Below, piece after piece: positions 62,801 to 64,000 of a stretch of DNA of 64,000 nt. The stretch spans positions 30,884 through 94,883 of the forward strand of contig CAZJQT010000001.1 in NCBI GenBank assembly GCA_964548655.1, in the 5' to 3' direction. The DNA comes from an uncultured Candidatus Saccharibacteria bacterium. GTDB taxonomy: Bacteria > Patescibacteriota > Saccharimonadia > Saccharimonadales > CAZJQT01. The stretch's first letter is position 1. Each line of letters begins with the position of its first letter. A program made the translations under genes and the position numbers. A model generated the notes under the pieces. It had not been told where the DNA came from and made no database searches. It saw only the letters and a list, made by a program, of their open reading frames with translations.

Positions 62801-63547
62801 ATGGGCGAACGATTTAAATGGACGCTAGTGCTTTTACTGATGCTGGTATTGTGCATGAGCATACGCCAGTCAATTGCCTCGGCGCAGGGTACTTCTAACA
62901 GTTACCGAATTGATGAAAGCTTTTTTGGGCCTGGCGGCAACCTAGACAGTAGCTCGACTAATTATCAGTTTCAAAGCGGCCAACAATCGGTCGGTAATAC
63001 AGGGGTAGTGGAGGGGAGTTCAACTAATTACCGGGTTGAAAACGGCTACACAACTACTGCCGATCCACGACTTAGCTGCGTTCTTAATACTTCTACGCTA
63101 AACTTTGGTAACTTTTCTACCGGCAGCGCCATAACTGCCAACGCAACTTTTAGCGTCTTGAATTACACGGCTTACGGCTATATTGTTTCTGTAATCGGGA
63201 GTACTCCGGCCAATAATGGCCATAATCTGGCCGGAATTAACCCAACCGATACTTCTCATAATGGGACAGAACAATTTGGTATTAATCTGGTAGCTAATAC
63301 TTCTCCGGCTACCTTTGGCTCTAACCCCGTCCAGGTTCCAAGCAGCACATTTTCTTTTGGTTCGGCTGCCACCAACTACAACACTGCTAATAATTTTCGT
63401 TATGTTAACGGCGAGACCATAGCCTCAGCCCCCAGTAGTTCAGGTGAAACTGACTTCACCATCAGCTACATAGTCAATGCTTCTACTACCACCCCAGGTG
63501 GCAAATACAGTGGCAACCAAGTCATTTTGTGTACCGGTACCTATTAA
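62801..63547 (+). CDS. Secreted protein: three S(S/T)NY(R/Q) repeats plus a beta-sandwich resembling the DUF4402/spore-coat-U fold (tentative)
   Basis: The signal peptide ends ...SIASAQG. SNSYRI, STNYQF and STNYRV repeats are spaced ~23 aa. LNFGNF and a C-terminal GGKYSGNQVILCTGTY are present. Confidence 0.55.
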   Translation: MGERFKWTLVLLLMLVLCMSIRQSIASAQGTSNSYRIDESFFGPGGNLDSSSTNYQFQSGQQSVGNTGVVEGSSTNYRVENGYTTTADPRLSCVLNTSTLNFGNFSTGSAITANATFSVLNYTAYGYIVSVIGSTPANNGHNLAGINPTDTSHNGTEQFGINLVANTSPATFGSNPVQVPSSTFSFGSAATNYNTANNFRYVNGETIASAPSSSGETDFTISYIVNASTTTPGGKYSGNQVILCTGTY

Positions 63548-63612
63548 TAACGCTTGTTTGCACTTAGTTGTTATGGTAATGTAACTATTAAGTTCCAACG
63601 GTAAGACAAAAT

Positions 63613-64000
63613 ATGCATAAACACCTGACAAAACTCTATACTGCTCAGCAGCGTCTGTGGCTGCTTAGTACGGCTTTTGTTATGGCGTTTGCCAGTCTAT
63701 TTATCATATTAGCTCCTTCAGCTGTTGAGGCCGCACAGATTACCAACCGCAAGTTTACAATGTCAGATTCAGCTGGTAACGCTACTTCTGTTTCGTATAC
63801 GTTCAATTCTAGCGCCGTCCCGACAACTGGTACAGCTATCAAGAGCGTCAGTGCCGATGTTTGTGACACAGCTTCAGGTTCATGTACTCAAGCAGGTGGA
63901 GCCGCTGGTTTCAGTAGTAGTTCATCAACATTGGCTAGCCAGCCATCAGGCTTGGGCTGCGCCTCGGGCTGGACTGTTAATAGTTCAACAAGCACCAGCC
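63613..64000 (+). CDS. Secreted Ser/Thr-rich protein, 5' part (runs off the window)
   Basis: The ATG at 63613 is absent from the ORF track because there is no stop in the window. The signal peptide is ...LFIILAPSAVEA|AQITNRKFTMSDSAGN. The frame is open to nt 64000. Confidence 0.55.
   Translation, partial: MHKHLTKLYTAQQRLWLLSTAFVMAFASLFIILAPSAVEAAQITNRKFTMSDSAGNATSVSYTFNSSAVPTTGTAIKSVSADVCDTASGSCTQAGGAAGFSSSSSTLASQPSGLGCASGWTVNSSTSTS

Noticed and set aside
1-64000. A search by eye for CRISPR arrays, rRNA genes, transposases, restriction-modification systems, toxin-antitoxin pairs or known defence-system genes.
   Set aside because: No regularly spaced direct repeats, no cas-like or transposase-like ORFs and no nuclease/methylase pairs were recognised. 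The repeats that are present are palindromic and dispersed, not arrayed.

Overview
This 64-kb window is gene-dense and mostly transcribed on the + strand, at roughly mid-40s % GC by eye. By inference from gene content, it comes from a reduced-genome monoderm bacterium of the Patescibacteria/CPR type, Saccharibacteria-like. The evidence is many small hypothetical proteins, heavy nucleotide salvage and sanitation, a type IV pilus locus with no secretin, and standard TGA stops.

Housekeeping content includes:
- argS (3' part), gdh, mscL, msrB, orn
- dnaG-rpoD
- polA plus four translationally coupled small genes
- mutM, holA, rpsT, truB, rpsO-pnp, a family-4 UDG, rnj, ftsK
- rpsF-ssb-rpsR, efp, tlyA, ychF, ndk, a Xer recombinase and one tRNA-Arg(CCU)

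The largest functional block is a unidirectional cluster of about 16 kb (41923-57967). It runs: TPR protein, 1137-aa secreted protein with a six-blade lectin-like beta-propeller, pilM-N-O, small membrane protein, pilB, pilT, pilC, two tandem major-pilin paralogs, pilD, four minor pilin/PilX-like genes.

The signal least explained by genes is in the intergenic DNA:
- A family of rod-like imperfect palindromes of about 170-195 nt has four copies, one of them inverted. They share a conserved core, and their terminal arms differ in sequence yet still pair.
- A second set of gene-terminal hairpins is bracketed by conserved boxes (CTCTCATCGCGCCGG ... TCGGGCTACTCTYYTCC). The enclosed stems are unrelated in sequence but each pairs.

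Other oddities:
- a DnaG with all four zinc ligands substituted
- a catalytically degenerate DHH-like protein with a long Pro-rich tail
- two paralogous ORFs in the same frame separated by a single TGA
- a wHTH regulator with a Walker-A Lys-to-Ile change
- an AT-rich mosaic tlyA
- several apparently leaderless genes

No CRISPR array, rRNA, transposase or recognisable defence system was seen. All functional calls rest on motif recognition by eye, without database searches.
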